IMG/VR virus record: IMGVR_UViG_3300035670_005978
Span: 1 to 47,672 of that record
Source: a virus
Lineage: Duplodnaviria > Caudoviricetes
Length of the DNA stretch: 47,672 nucleotides
Direction: 5' to 3' (one strand)
Shown: positions 28,371 through 36,977 of the stretch, in pieces
Numbering within the stretch: the stretch's first letter is position 1
Layout: every line of letters starts with the position of its first letter
Translations under genes and position numbers: made by a program
The notes under the pieces: model-generated
Told to the model about the DNA's origin: nothing
Seen by the model: the letters and a program-made list of their open reading frames with translations, nothing else
Database searches by the model: none

Positions 28371-28777
28371 TTGATTTATTCTTAATTATTTTATTATCTA
28401 TTACATCAGTATTATTTTTATACATGTACTCTGTTCAAAAAAGAATTAATGTTTCGATTCTTGCCAACACTCTTAAGACTTTGCTAGAACAAGAAATTCA
28501 ACATAAAGAAAATAAAACAGATAAAGAAAAAGCAAATGAGGATTTTTTGAAATTTGTTTCAGATTCTCGTGATTTAGCCTATGAATATATAGAGGCTGTG
28601 CAGGCAGGTCTTAAAAAATTTATTGATGAAGTTGAGCCACAACTTGAATATTACGACAAGTACGGTGTTGCTATTGAGGGAATGGTTTCTCCTCATGATT
28701 TTGCTCTTAAAAAAATATCTTCAGAATTTAAAGAATTAAAAAAATTACTACCAGAAAATGATGATAGAATAATATAA
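28367..28777 (+). CDS. membrane-anchored coiled-coil protein
   Basis: N-terminal TM, FLKFVSDSRD.AYEYIE. Confidence 0.7.
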   Translation: MIDLFLIILLSITSVLFLYMYSVQKRINVSILANTLKTLLEQEIQHKENKTDKEKANEDFLKFVSDSRDLAYEYIEAVQAGLKKFIDEVEPQLEYYDKYGVAIEGMVSPHDFALKKISSEFKELKKLLPENDDRII

Positions 28778-29664
28778 TGAATTTTTATTATTTTGGCGGT
28801 GTGATGGGGGATCCAGGTAACATAAAGTCACCATCGAACCTTAACAGTAGTCATTTTTCTGGAGTTATGTTTACACACGATATTCCTGAAGGAGATATGT
28901 TTGTAAAGGCAGCAATTGATATAAAGCAGGGAGAACAAATAAAGTATCTCGTAGCAATTCGCCCATACACAATATCTCCACAGTACCTTTCTATGATAAA
29001 TAGGTCTATGGACAAAATAGACAAAGGGAGGCTTCAGATTAATTTAATCTCTGGATACATAAAAGATCACGAATCTGGGGTTGGCGGAATTGTCGGGGAT
29101 GTAAATGATGACTCAAGTTCAGTTGACAGATCAAACTACATGATAGAGTTTCTTAAACAACTTAATGAAATGGATCAAGATAAAGAATCTCCAGGATATT
29201 GGCGTGATCCAAACCACAAAAACAAACTAGATGTATATGTTTCAACAACTAATGAATATGTTTTTAAAGCAGCAAAGAAGTATGGTCATAAAATTATTTT
29301 GCCATACCACATATATGTTCGTGGTGGCTGGTCTGATGTATTAAAAAATCCTAATAAGTTAATTCCACTGGAGTTAGATGGAGTAGAAATAATGCTTGCA
29401 ATTACTCCAATTATTAGGAAAACAGAAGAAGAACTTGATTTATTGACAAATTATGCTATCAGGCCTGTTTGGCAAAAAGGAGAAATACCAAAGGTAGTGT
29501 TAGATGCTGCCTACTTTACACACGAACAATTTGATGACTTTGTAAAAACTCTTGAAAAAAGAGGTATCAACCACTTACTAATTAATGCTGTTCCTTGGCA
29601 AGAGGTAGATGTTATAGTTCCCTTTATTAAAGACTATGTAGAGTCTAGAAATGTGAGTAAATAA
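28777..29664 (+). CDS. second luciferase-like monooxygenase family protein
   Basis: KYLVAIRPYTISPQY, GRLQINLISG; paralogous to 21304-22143. Confidence 0.7.
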   Translation: MNFYYFGGVMGDPGNIKSPSNLNSSHFSGVMFTHDIPEGDMFVKAAIDIKQGEQIKYLVAIRPYTISPQYLSMINRSMDKIDKGRLQINLISGYIKDHESGVGGIVGDVNDDSSSVDRSNYMIEFLKQLNEMDQDKESPGYWRDPNHKNKLDVYVSTTNEYVFKAAKKYGHKIILPYHIYVRGGWSDVLKNPNKLIPLELDGVEIMLAITPIIRKTEEELDLLTNYAIRPVWQKGEIPKVVLDAAYFTHEQFDDFVKTLEKRGINHLLINAVPWQEVDVIVPFIKDYVESRNVSK

Positions 29665-29832
29665 ATGAAAGAAATATTATTATCTTTGTCTGTAGGCCTA
29701 GTATTTGGGCTTATATGTATCTCATTAAAATTGCCATTGCCTGCCCCCAAGGTTTTTGCTGGGGTTGCTGGTATAATGGGAATATGGATTGCTCAACCAG
29801 TTTGGGTAGCCATTAGTAAGTTCATATCCTAG
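29665..29832 (+). CDS. XapX/DUF1427-like small membrane protein (55 aa)
   Basis: SL.VGLVFG...KLPLPAP..FAGVAGIMG. Confidence 0.65.
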   Translation: MKEILLSLSVGLVFGLICISLKLPLPAPKVFAGVAGIMGIWIAQPVWVAISKFIS

Positions 29833-29842
29833 GAGGAATAAA

Positions 29843-30142
29843 ATGAATGAACAAATCAAGAAAGCGTTAGCATCATACGGAAGATCAGTCCTTGGAGCAG
29901 CAACAGCAATGTATGCTTCTGGAGTTACTGACATACAGACACTTGCATACTCATTGCTTGGTGCACTTGTGCCAGTTGTATTGAGAGCAGCAAATCCATC
30001 CGATACTGCATTTGGTAGAATGCCATCAGTAGAAGATGTTGATGTAGCACTTAAGACTGCAAAAGTTGTAAAGAAGCCTGCTAAAAAGGCTGTTGCAAAG
30101 AAGAAGTCTGGCGGTGGCGGAAAGCCACAGCAAATGCTGTAA
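29843..30142 (+). CDS. holin-like protein with Lys-rich tail
   Basis: ASYGRS..., two hydrophobic segments, NPSDTAFG; AGGAGG RBS. Confidence 0.6.
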   Translation: MNEQIKKALASYGRSVLGAATAMYASGVTDIQTLAYSLLGALVPVVLRAANPSDTAFGRMPSVEDVDVALKTAKVVKKPAKKAVAKKKSGGGGKPQQML

Positions 30143-30158
30143 AAAATAAATAAAATTT

Positions 30159-30191
30159 GGAGGTGTTATTAATTTGACACCTCCATTTTTT
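30159..30191 (+). terminator. Rho-independent terminator overlapping the hsp20 -35 box
   Basis: GGAGGTGTTA-ttaatt-TGACACCTCC plus T run; TTGACA at 30174, TATAAT at 30196. Confidence 0.8.
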
Positions 30192-30207
30192 ATGCTATAA
30201 TATATAT

Positions 30208-30261
30208 GTACCTGCCCAAAGGGGGGTACTTAAAATGACTCGCTTAACAAGGAGGAAAAAA
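30208..30261 (+). promoter_or_regulatory. ROSE-like structured 5' UTR of hsp20
   Basis: 5' hairpin GTACCtgCCC/GGGGGTAC, then CUCGCUU pairing with AAGGAG with a bulged G. Confidence 0.55.
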
Positions 30262-30681
30262 ATGGTAAGTACATGGTCATTGGATCTTTTTAAGGATCCT
30301 TTTTTTATTGGTTTCAACAGAGAGTTGGACCGCTTCTATAACATCCATCGTGAGGCAACTCGTCAATCTTATCCACCATATGATGTGGTAAAGATCGATG
30401 AGGATACTTACAAGTTGTCTTTGGCCATTGCTGGTTTCAGCAAGGACGAAGTCGAGGTTTCTGTGGATAATGGAAGTCTAATCGTCAAGGGTGAGAAAAC
30501 CGAAGAGGGTACAGAAAATGTACTTCATAAGGGTATCGCAACTCGCAAATTCACACGCACCTTTGCTCTTGGAGAGTATATGGAGGTAGATAGTGCTGAA
30601 ATGGCAGACGGTATTCTTAGCGTCTTTGTGGAAAGAAACATCCCCGAAGAAAAGAAACCAAAAACAATCAAAATAAAGTAG
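30262..30681 (+). CDS. small heat shock protein (Hsp20/IbpA family)
   Basis: YPPYDV, LAIAGF, HKGIATRKFTRTF, DGILSV. Confidence 0.93.
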   Translation: MVSTWSLDLFKDPFFIGFNRELDRFYNIHREATRQSYPPYDVVKIDEDTYKLSLAIAGFSKDEVEVSVDNGSLIVKGEKTEEGTENVLHKGIATRKFTRTFALGEYMEVDSAEMADGILSVFVERNIPEEKKPKTIKIK

Positions 30682-30692
30682 TATAATAAAAC

Positions 30693-30795
30693 ATTCCGTC
30701 ATGATACATGCAGTTGCTAATAGCAACCTTATTGCTGAGTACGGATAAGCCCAAGATCGCAACTTGGGGGACCTGAGCAAGTCTATAAACTGCTC
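30693..30795 (+). ncRNA. candidate standalone structured small RNA ending in pseudoknot copy 2 (30769-30795)
   Basis: TATAAT at 30682; several nested stems; no ORF with an RBS. Confidence 0.55.
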
Positions 30796-30818
30796 CACAT
30801 TTATGCTATAATAGTTAG

Positions 30819-31883
30819 ATGCCATATCGTATAGGTTCTAAGGGGTCGTCAGGTTGTTCTGGATACCCTGCTTTAAAGGACACAGGAGAGGTTATGGGAT
30901 GCCATAAGACTCGTCGTGAGGCAGCAGCACAGATCTATGCTATAAACCGTTCTGAGGGCAATATAGACAAGGCTATGGTCAAAGAGGGCGACATGGTTAT
31001 GGCCCCACACGAAGAAGAAATGTATGTTGGTCGTGTAGTTCATGTTATGAACGAGGGTATGCTGGGAACACCAGGATCAGAATATGCTATTGAGGCAAGC
31101 CCAACAGAGCCAGCAATACTAATACAATTATTTGAAATGGAAGAAGGCGGTCTTGAAGAGACTGAATATTTTGTTGGAGCAAAGGCATCGGAGGTTATGG
31201 TTATGCCATCATTAGAAGAGAATGTAGGAATGGATAAAGCATACGAGGGATGCGGATGCCCAATGTGTAAAGAATTAGATGTGACATGCGAGGAATGTCC
31301 ACAATGCCAATCTGGAGAAATGAAATCAGATTGTTGTACAAATGTAAATAAAAAAGCACCATGTTGGGATGGATATGTTCAAAGAGGAATGAAGCCAGGA
31401 GATGGTGGACGAATGGTTCCTAATTGTGTCCCTGCCAAAAAGGCTGATGATATTTGGGAAGATGATGACACTGTTGTATATGATACAGATTCTGTAGAAA
31501 AGGCAGATGGCTACTCACCACCAGCAGGTGCTAGAGCAGCAGCAAGAAAAGCAATTAGATTTAAAGAGCAAGGCAAAGCAACTGGTGCAGGAACTTCTGT
31601 TGGCTGGACTCGTGCAGGTCAGTTAGCAAGAGGTGAATCTTTATCTCTTAGTACTGTTAAGAGAATGTACTCATACTTCTCACGCCATGAAGTAGACAAA
31701 AAGGGTAAAGACTGGGGCAATCAAGCAAACCCATCTAATGGATATATTATGTGGTTAGCATGGGGTGGAGACGCAGGATTCTCATGGTCAAGATCAATTG
31801 TTAATCGTGAAAAAGATAAGGCTTTGTTTGCTGATTTTGGCAAGGACTACACAAGAGCAAGTAGAGAAAGACACACAATATAA
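30819..31883 (+). CDS. multi-module phage protein, leaderless
   Basis: GCHKTR module, SH3/Tudor-like segment, Cys cluster, CWDGY..VPNC, TVKRMYSYFSRH..AWGGDAG. Confidence 0.7.
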   Translation: MPYRIGSKGSSGCSGYPALKDTGEVMGCHKTRREAAAQIYAINRSEGNIDKAMVKEGDMVMAPHEEEMYVGRVVHVMNEGMLGTPGSEYAIEASPTEPAILIQLFEMEEGGLEETEYFVGAKASEVMVMPSLEENVGMDKAYEGCGCPMCKELDVTCEECPQCQSGEMKSDCCTNVNKKAPCWDGYVQRGMKPGDGGRMVPNCVPAKKADDIWEDDDTVVYDTDSVEKADGYSPPAGARAAARKAIRFKEQGKATGAGTSVGWTRAGQLARGESLSLSTVKRMYSYFSRHEVDKKGKDWGNQANPSNGYIMWLAWGGDAGFSWSRSIVNREKDKALFADFGKDYTRASRERHTI

Positions 31884-32038
31884 TGTCTTCAAGAAAATCA
31901 TCTGGAAAATATAGATCCAAACATCCATTTAACCCTATTCAGATTAAAGATGGAATGATTGTTCGTCTTCGTAAAGATGGAACAGTAAAAGCAGTACTTG
32001 GTAAGTATGGTGAATACAATAAAAAGGATAAGCGTTGA
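31883..32038 (+). CDS. small basic protein (51 aa)
   Basis: TAATG overlap; IKDGMIVRLRKDG. Confidence 0.65.
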   Translation: MSSRKSSGKYRSKHPFNPIQIKDGMIVRLRKDGTVKAVLGKYGEYNKKDKR

Positions 32039-32286
32039 AAGAGTTAATACATTTTACTGCAGATTGGTGTGCTCCATGCAAAAGAATGGCTCCAATCATA
32101 GAAAATTTTATATCTAATAATCCAGATATACACTATGACAAGATAGATGTAGACAAGGATTTTGTTAAAGCAGAACAGTATAATGTGCAATCAATACCAA
32201 CATTAATATCTAAAATTGATAATAAGGTGTATGATCGTTTTACTGGTGTTGCTTCTGATTTTGTATTGAAGTCAATGTTTTCATGA
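32035..32286 (+). CDS. trxA: thioredoxin
   Basis: FTADWCAPCK, VQSIPT. Confidence 0.85.
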   Translation: MKELIHFTADWCAPCKRMAPIIENFISNNPDIHYDKIDVDKDFVKAEQYNVQSIPTLISKIDNKVYDRFTGVASDFVLKSMFS

Positions 32287-33026
32287 AATATAACAAAGTT
32301 TATTTTTTACATATTCCAAAAACTGGCGGTAGGTTTTTAACTAAGTACATATTGCGTCCGATAGAAAACATACTAAAAGATAATGGAATAGAACTAGTAA
32401 AGTCTCCAGAAGATATGAGGCAGCATGCTGGTTGGCCATCATGGATAGATGATAAAACATATATTATATCTATTTTTAGAGATCCATGTGAGTTTTTTGT
32501 TAGTGCTATGTGTCATTCTGTTGCAATAAAAAATGGTTTAGTAGATGAAGATAACTGGAACATAATTAAGATGAATACTGAGCCACTTGTGATTAGCAAA
32601 GATGAACTATATAATACGGCACAAAGGTGGGGATATATGAAAGATTTTCAGTCTAAAAATTTTATGCTGAGTCCAGATGTCGAGACCAGGTCACTTCTCC
32701 AAGAGGCTATGGTCAAATATGAAAACAATGAAAAGTTTAATACAGAAGAAATTTATAAAAGAATTCGCAGAGTTAATTTAATGATTAGACAAAAAGACTT
32801 AAAATTAATTGATTACAACTTACTAATAAATAAAATTTTAAAAGACTTGGGCATATCATCAAACATAAAAATCGAAAATGCAAACAAAGAATACTTTAAA
32901 AATAATTCTTCAGAAATTTTGTTTAACTCTTTAACTGAAGAAGATTTAGAATATATTAGAAATATGTTCCCTATTGATAAAGAAATATACGAAGACAACT
33001 CTTTATTCTGGTTACCAACTAACTAG
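32283..33026 (+). CDS. sulfotransferase-like protein
   Basis: FLHIPKTGG, FRDP, D..IY. Confidence 0.7.
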   Translation: MKYNKVYFLHIPKTGGRFLTKYILRPIENILKDNGIELVKSPEDMRQHAGWPSWIDDKTYIISIFRDPCEFFVSAMCHSVAIKNGLVDEDNWNIIKMNTEPLVISKDELYNTAQRWGYMKDFQSKNFMLSPDVETRSLLQEAMVKYENNEKFNTEEIYKRIRRVNLMIRQKDLKLIDYNLLINKILKDLGISSNIKIENANKEYFKNNSSEILFNSLTEEDLEYIRNMFPIDKEIYEDNSLFWLPTN

Positions 33027-33177
33027 AAAAATATTTTGCAAAAAGTTCCATTATCTCAATTGTATATTTGTCGTAATCAATTTCAACAATTAGGTTGCCA
33101 TCAATTAATTTATGAACCTTTAAATCTTTACCAATTTCAAACAATATTGCTTTAATTTCATATTCTAGTTCGTTCAT
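33019..33177 (-). CDS. hypothetical protein (52 aa)
   Basis: MNELEYEIKAILFEIG...; AGGAGG RBS supplied by the tRNA-Thr 3' strand. Confidence 0.6.
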   Translation of the reverse strand: MNELEYEIKAILFEIGKDLKVHKLIDGNLIVEIDYDKYTIEIMELFAKYFSS

Positions 33178-33180
33178 TTG

Positions 33181-33252
33181 AGCCTCCTGTAGGATTTGAA
33201 CCTACGACAACCCGCTTACAAGGCGGGTACTCTACCCCTGAGTTAAGGAGGC
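33181..33252 (-). tRNA. tRNA-Thr(UGU), CCA not encoded
   Basis: GCCTCCT/AGGAGGC acceptor, CCCGC-cttgtaa-GCGGG, GGTTCAAATCC. Confidence 0.93.
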
Positions 33253-33260
33253 AATCCATA

Positions 33261-35351
33261 TTACTTTACATCAAATCTGTCAAGCATCATTATCTTGTTC
33301 CACACCTTTGCAAAGTCATTTATGAATTTTTGATGTGCGTCATCACATGCATACACCTCTGCAATAGCACGAAGTTCAGAATTTGATCCTATAATTAAGT
33401 CAGCACGAGTTGCTGATCCAGTTGGCTCTCCGTCAACAGTTCCCTCAAATTTATTTTCAGAAACCTGAGTCCACGAAAAATGACCAGAAAGAATATTTTT
33501 TAAATATCCATTATGAAGATTGTGCCCAGTAAGAGTTCTCATGCCACCTAGCAAGACAACAAGTTCTACTGGAGTAAGGTTTAGCATGTTTGCTTTTTCT
33601 ACTAGGAGTTTTTCTGCAGGAACAGTTATACCATCTTTTAAGTAATTTATAAAACCATCAGCGACTGGTTCTAAAACTTTAAATGATTCAATGTCTGTTT
33701 GCTCTTGTGTTGCATCAGTTCGTCCAGGAGTAAATGGAACACTTACAGACTCTCCAGATGCTTTTTCAATAGCAGCACAACCAGCGAGAACAATCAGGTC
33801 TGCGAAAGACATGTTTCCAGCCAATCTTTCGTGTAAATCTTCAAGGTATGTTAATGTACCCCATACCATATCATTATTTACAGTTTCCCAAGTGTTTTGT
33901 GGCTCCAGTCTTATTCTGGATCCATTTGCTCCACCACGCTTATCTGTTTTGCGGAAAGTAGAAGCAGAAACCCATGCTGTATAAACAAAATGATAGACTG
34001 GAATCTTAGATGATTTAATTTCATTTTTAACAGACTCAATATCGATTTTGATTGGAACATATGCTGGAACTGGATCTTGCCAAATTAGTTCTTCTGAAGG
34101 AACTTCACTACCAAGATACCTTGCAATTGGACCCATATCTCTATGTGTCAACTTAAACCAAGCACGAGCAAATTGATCAGAAAAGTAGTCAAAATCTTCA
34201 AGGAATCGTCTTGAAATCTTTTCATACTCTGGATCAAACTTAAGCGCAAGGTCTGCAGTTGTCATAACTGGAGCATGAAATTTACCTTGAATGTGTGCAT
34301 CTGGAACTAAATCAGCAGCAGACTCATCTGTAGGAATCCATTGTGTTGCACCAGCAGGACTCTTTACCTGCTTCCAATCGTACTTAAATAAAGTTTTTAA
34401 GTATGAATTGTCCCACTTAGTAGGAGTAGCAGTCCATGCACCTTCAATACCGCTTGTAATTGTATCTTCTGCATTACCTTTGCCAAACGAATTCTTCCAT
34501 CCAAGACCCTGCTCTTCGATAGGCGCAGCCTCTGGATTTGGCCCAACATGTGAAGGATCTCCAGCACCATGCGCTTTACCAAATGCGTGTCCACCAGCAA
34601 TAAGAGCAACGGTTTCTTCATCATTCATTGCCATACGAGCAAATGTTTCACGAATATCACGAGCAGATAAAAGTGGATCTGGATTACCATTTGGTCCTTC
34701 AGGGTTTACATAAATCAAACCCATCTGTACTGCAGCAAGAGGATTCTCTAACTCACGATCACCGCTATAACGATTATCTGCAAGCCATTCCTTTTCACTA
34801 CCCCAGTAAGTATCATCTGCTTCCCAAACATCTTCACGACCTCCACCAAAACCAAATGTCTTAAAGCCCATGTTTTCTAAAGCAACATTACCAGCAAGAA
34901 TCATAAGGTCTGCCCATGAAATCTTCTTGCCATATTTCTTCTTAATAGGCCATAGAAGTCTACGAGCCTTATCTAAATTGCCATTGTCTGGCCATGAGTT
35001 TTGTGGTGAAAATCTATGTAGACCTTCTCCTGCGCCACCACGACCATCAGTTACTCTATAAGTACCAGCACTGTGCCATGCCATACGAATAAAGAATGGT
35101 CCATAATTGCCATAGTCTGCAGGCCACCAATCTTGCGAGGTAGTTAGAAGAGTATCAATATCAGCCTTAATAGCATCAAGATCTAAACTGCTAAACTCTT
35201 TAGCATAGTCAAAGTCTTCCCCCATTGGATCTGACTTAGAAGAATTTTTTCTAAGAGGGGATAAGTCTAGTTGGTTTGGCCACCAATCTTTATTTGTTGT
35301 GGCTTCTGTTGTATATGTTTTGCCAGTGTATGGACACTTTACTTCACTCAT
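33261..35351 (-). CDS. katG: catalase-peroxidase
   Basis: [37 protein letters not shown], both domains present; ATG at 35351. Confidence 0.97.
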   Translation of the reverse strand: MSEVKCPYTGKTYTTEATTNKDWWPNQLDLSPLRKNSSKSDPMGEDFDYAKEFSSLDLDAIKADIDTLLTTSQDWWPADYGNYGPFFIRMAWHSAGTYRVTDGRGGAGEGLHRFSPQNSWPDNGNLDKARRLLWPIKKKYGKKISWADLMILAGNVALENMGFKTFGFGGGREDVWEADDTYWGSEKEWLADNRYSGDRELENPLAAVQMGLIYVNPEGPNGNPDPLLSARDIRETFARMAMNDEETVALIAGGHAFGKAHGAGDPSHVGPNPEAAPIEEQGLGWKNSFGKGNAEDTITSGIEGAWTATPTKWDNSYLKTLFKYDWKQVKSPAGATQWIPTDESAADLVPDAHIQGKFHAPVMTTADLALKFDPEYEKISRRFLEDFDYFSDQFARAWFKLTHRDMGPIARYLGSEVPSEELIWQDPVPAYVPIKIDIESVKNEIKSSKIPVYHFVYTAWVSASTFRKTDKRGGANGSRIRLEPQNTWETVNNDMVWGTLTYLEDLHERLAGNMSFADLIVLAGCAAIEKASGESVSVPFTPGRTDATQEQTDIESFKVLEPVADGFINYLKDGITVPAEKLLVEKANMLNLTPVELVVLLGGMRTLTGHNLHNGYLKNILSGHFSWTQVSENKFEGTVDGEPTGSATRADLIIGSNSELRAIAEVYACDDAHQKFINDFAKVWNKIMMLDRFDVK

Positions 35352-35464
35352 GAGTTCTCTTTCTGTTATATGTGTTACAAAATCTAGGGGAGTGTGGTGT
35401 TGCAACATAGGCTAAATGTGTTTCCCGACACACATAGTCTAACCACACTCTTACTACAATTATA
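35352..35464 (-). promoter_or_regulatory. katG promoter and structured 5' leader
   Basis: TGcTATAAT at 35459-35467; GAGTGTGGT/ACCACACTC closing stem at 35390-35450. Confidence 0.55.
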
Positions 35465-35469
35465 GCACC

Positions 35470-36891
35470 TTACCTAATAATTGTAAAGTTATATTTATTT
35501 TCCCATTGAATAATATCATCTTCATCATTTAATAGGGGCTGACCCTTTATATTTAAACTGGTATTAAGTAGTATGGGTACTCCAGTTTGAAGGTAAAACT
35601 TGTTTAAAACTCTCCACAAACCACGATGCTGGTTTCTATTTACTGTTTGAACCCTTGAGGTACCATCAGCATGTACGACAGAGGGTATTTTGTCTGGTTG
35701 TAGGCACTTGACTGCGTACTGCATGTATGGGCTTGTAAAATCCATATCAAACCATTTAGATGCACATTCTTCCATAACTACTGGAGCAAAAGGTCTAAAT
35801 AATTCTCTTTGTTTAATTAAATTAACTTTGTCTTTAATATTTGGATCTCTTGGATCTGCGAGAATTGATCTATTTCCTAAAGCCCTTGGTCCATATTCTG
35901 CTCTGCCTGTTGCTACTGCTACGATTCCATCTTTTAATATACCGTCCACGATTTGCTGTACTGGGTATTCTCCGCCAAGATCATATCCAAGATATGGGGT
36001 ATTCCAATTTAGATGCTTTCCATACAGTGCTGCTGCTGCGCCAAGAGATGATCCAGCATCTCCTGGGTTTGGCATAATCCAAATATCATCAAACATTTTC
36101 CAGAGCATTGTGTTGGCTGCACAATTTAATGCACAACCGCCCATAAAAACAAGGTTTCTTTTTTTAGTTAACTTTTGAGCCATAGCCATAAAGTTGACAA
36201 GTCTATCTTCATATACCCTTTGAACTGCTGCTGCAATATCAAACTTCGCTTGATCATCAATAGTTTCATTCCAGTCTAAAATGCCTTTATGAAAATTGTA
36301 TTTTTGTTTATCAATATTGTAAAAGTATTCTTTAACTTTTATAAAATATCTTGTCCAATCTCCATATGCTGCCATACCCATAAAAATATATTCTTCTTCG
36401 TTAGGTTTTAGTCCAACTAATTTTGTAAATGCAGAATAAAACAATCCAAAACTAAATGGATAATTCTTTTTATATACTTGTTTTATTTGTGAACCTTCTC
36501 CAGTCCACACCGTAGAAGTATTATATTCTCCAATTGAATCTAATACTACTATTACTGCATCATCAAACTTACTTGTATAGTATCCTGCTGCTGCATGGGA
36601 ATAATGATGGCTAAAATATTTTACAGGAAGATCAAATGGCATTGTTGGTTTCCACTCTCCAGCACCACCACGCAACAAAAGCCTTGATCGCTTTAGTTGT
36701 GGTTTTTCATAATATGCTATATGTGTTGGTTTTCCATATTTTAATGCGTCTAAATATATATTTGTGTTGTTATACCAATCATTTTTTTTCTTACTATATC
36801 TTTCTGCATGCCCAGCAAAAAGGATCTCTCCGTCTTTAATTAGAGAAACTGAGGCATCATGACTAGTTTCGTTTATTCCAAGTATTATCAT
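35470..36891 (-). CDS. NodU/CmcH-family carbamoyltransferase
   Basis: HDAS, ERYSK.K, HHYSHA, EYGPRALGNRS, RPFAP, LNTSLN. Confidence 0.93.
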   Translation of the reverse strand: MIILGINETSHDASVSLIKDGEILFAGHAERYSKKKNDWYNNTNIYLDALKYGKPTHIAYYEKPQLKRSRLLLRGGAGEWKPTMPFDLPVKYFSHHYSHAAAGYYTSKFDDAVIVVLDSIGEYNTSTVWTGEGSQIKQVYKKNYPFSFGLFYSAFTKLVGLKPNEEEYIFMGMAAYGDWTRYFIKVKEYFYNIDKQKYNFHKGILDWNETIDDQAKFDIAAAVQRVYEDRLVNFMAMAQKLTKKRNLVFMGGCALNCAANTMLWKMFDDIWIMPNPGDAGSSLGAAAALYGKHLNWNTPYLGYDLGGEYPVQQIVDGILKDGIVAVATGRAEYGPRALGNRSILADPRDPNIKDKVNLIKQRELFRPFAPVVMEECASKWFDMDFTSPYMQYAVKCLQPDKIPSVVHADGTSRVQTVNRNQHRGLWRVLNKFYLQTGVPILLNTSLNIKGQPLLNDEDDIIQWENKYNFTIIR

Positions 36892-36977
36892 TAATAAATA
36901 AAGTCTTTCTTTTTTCTTTTTCTATTTTTAAACCAAATAATTATTTTATAATATATCCACTTAATATTGTTAATCAT
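36891..36977 (-). CDS. small basic peptide (28 aa) coupled to the carbamoyltransferase
   Basis: MINNIKWIYYKIIIWFKNRKRKKKDFIY; overlaps both neighbours. Confidence 0.5.
   Translation of the reverse strand: MINNIKWIYYKIIIWFKNRKRKKKDFIY

Noticed and set aside
33181-33252. tRNA-Thr as a prophage attachment site or host boundary
   Set aside because: No integrase or duplicated tRNA end in the window, and phage-type genes and promoter style continue on both sides
33691-36839. + strand ORFs overlapping katG and the carbamoyltransferase
   Set aside because: Antisense shadows of well-conserved genes, without RBS or recognisable motifs
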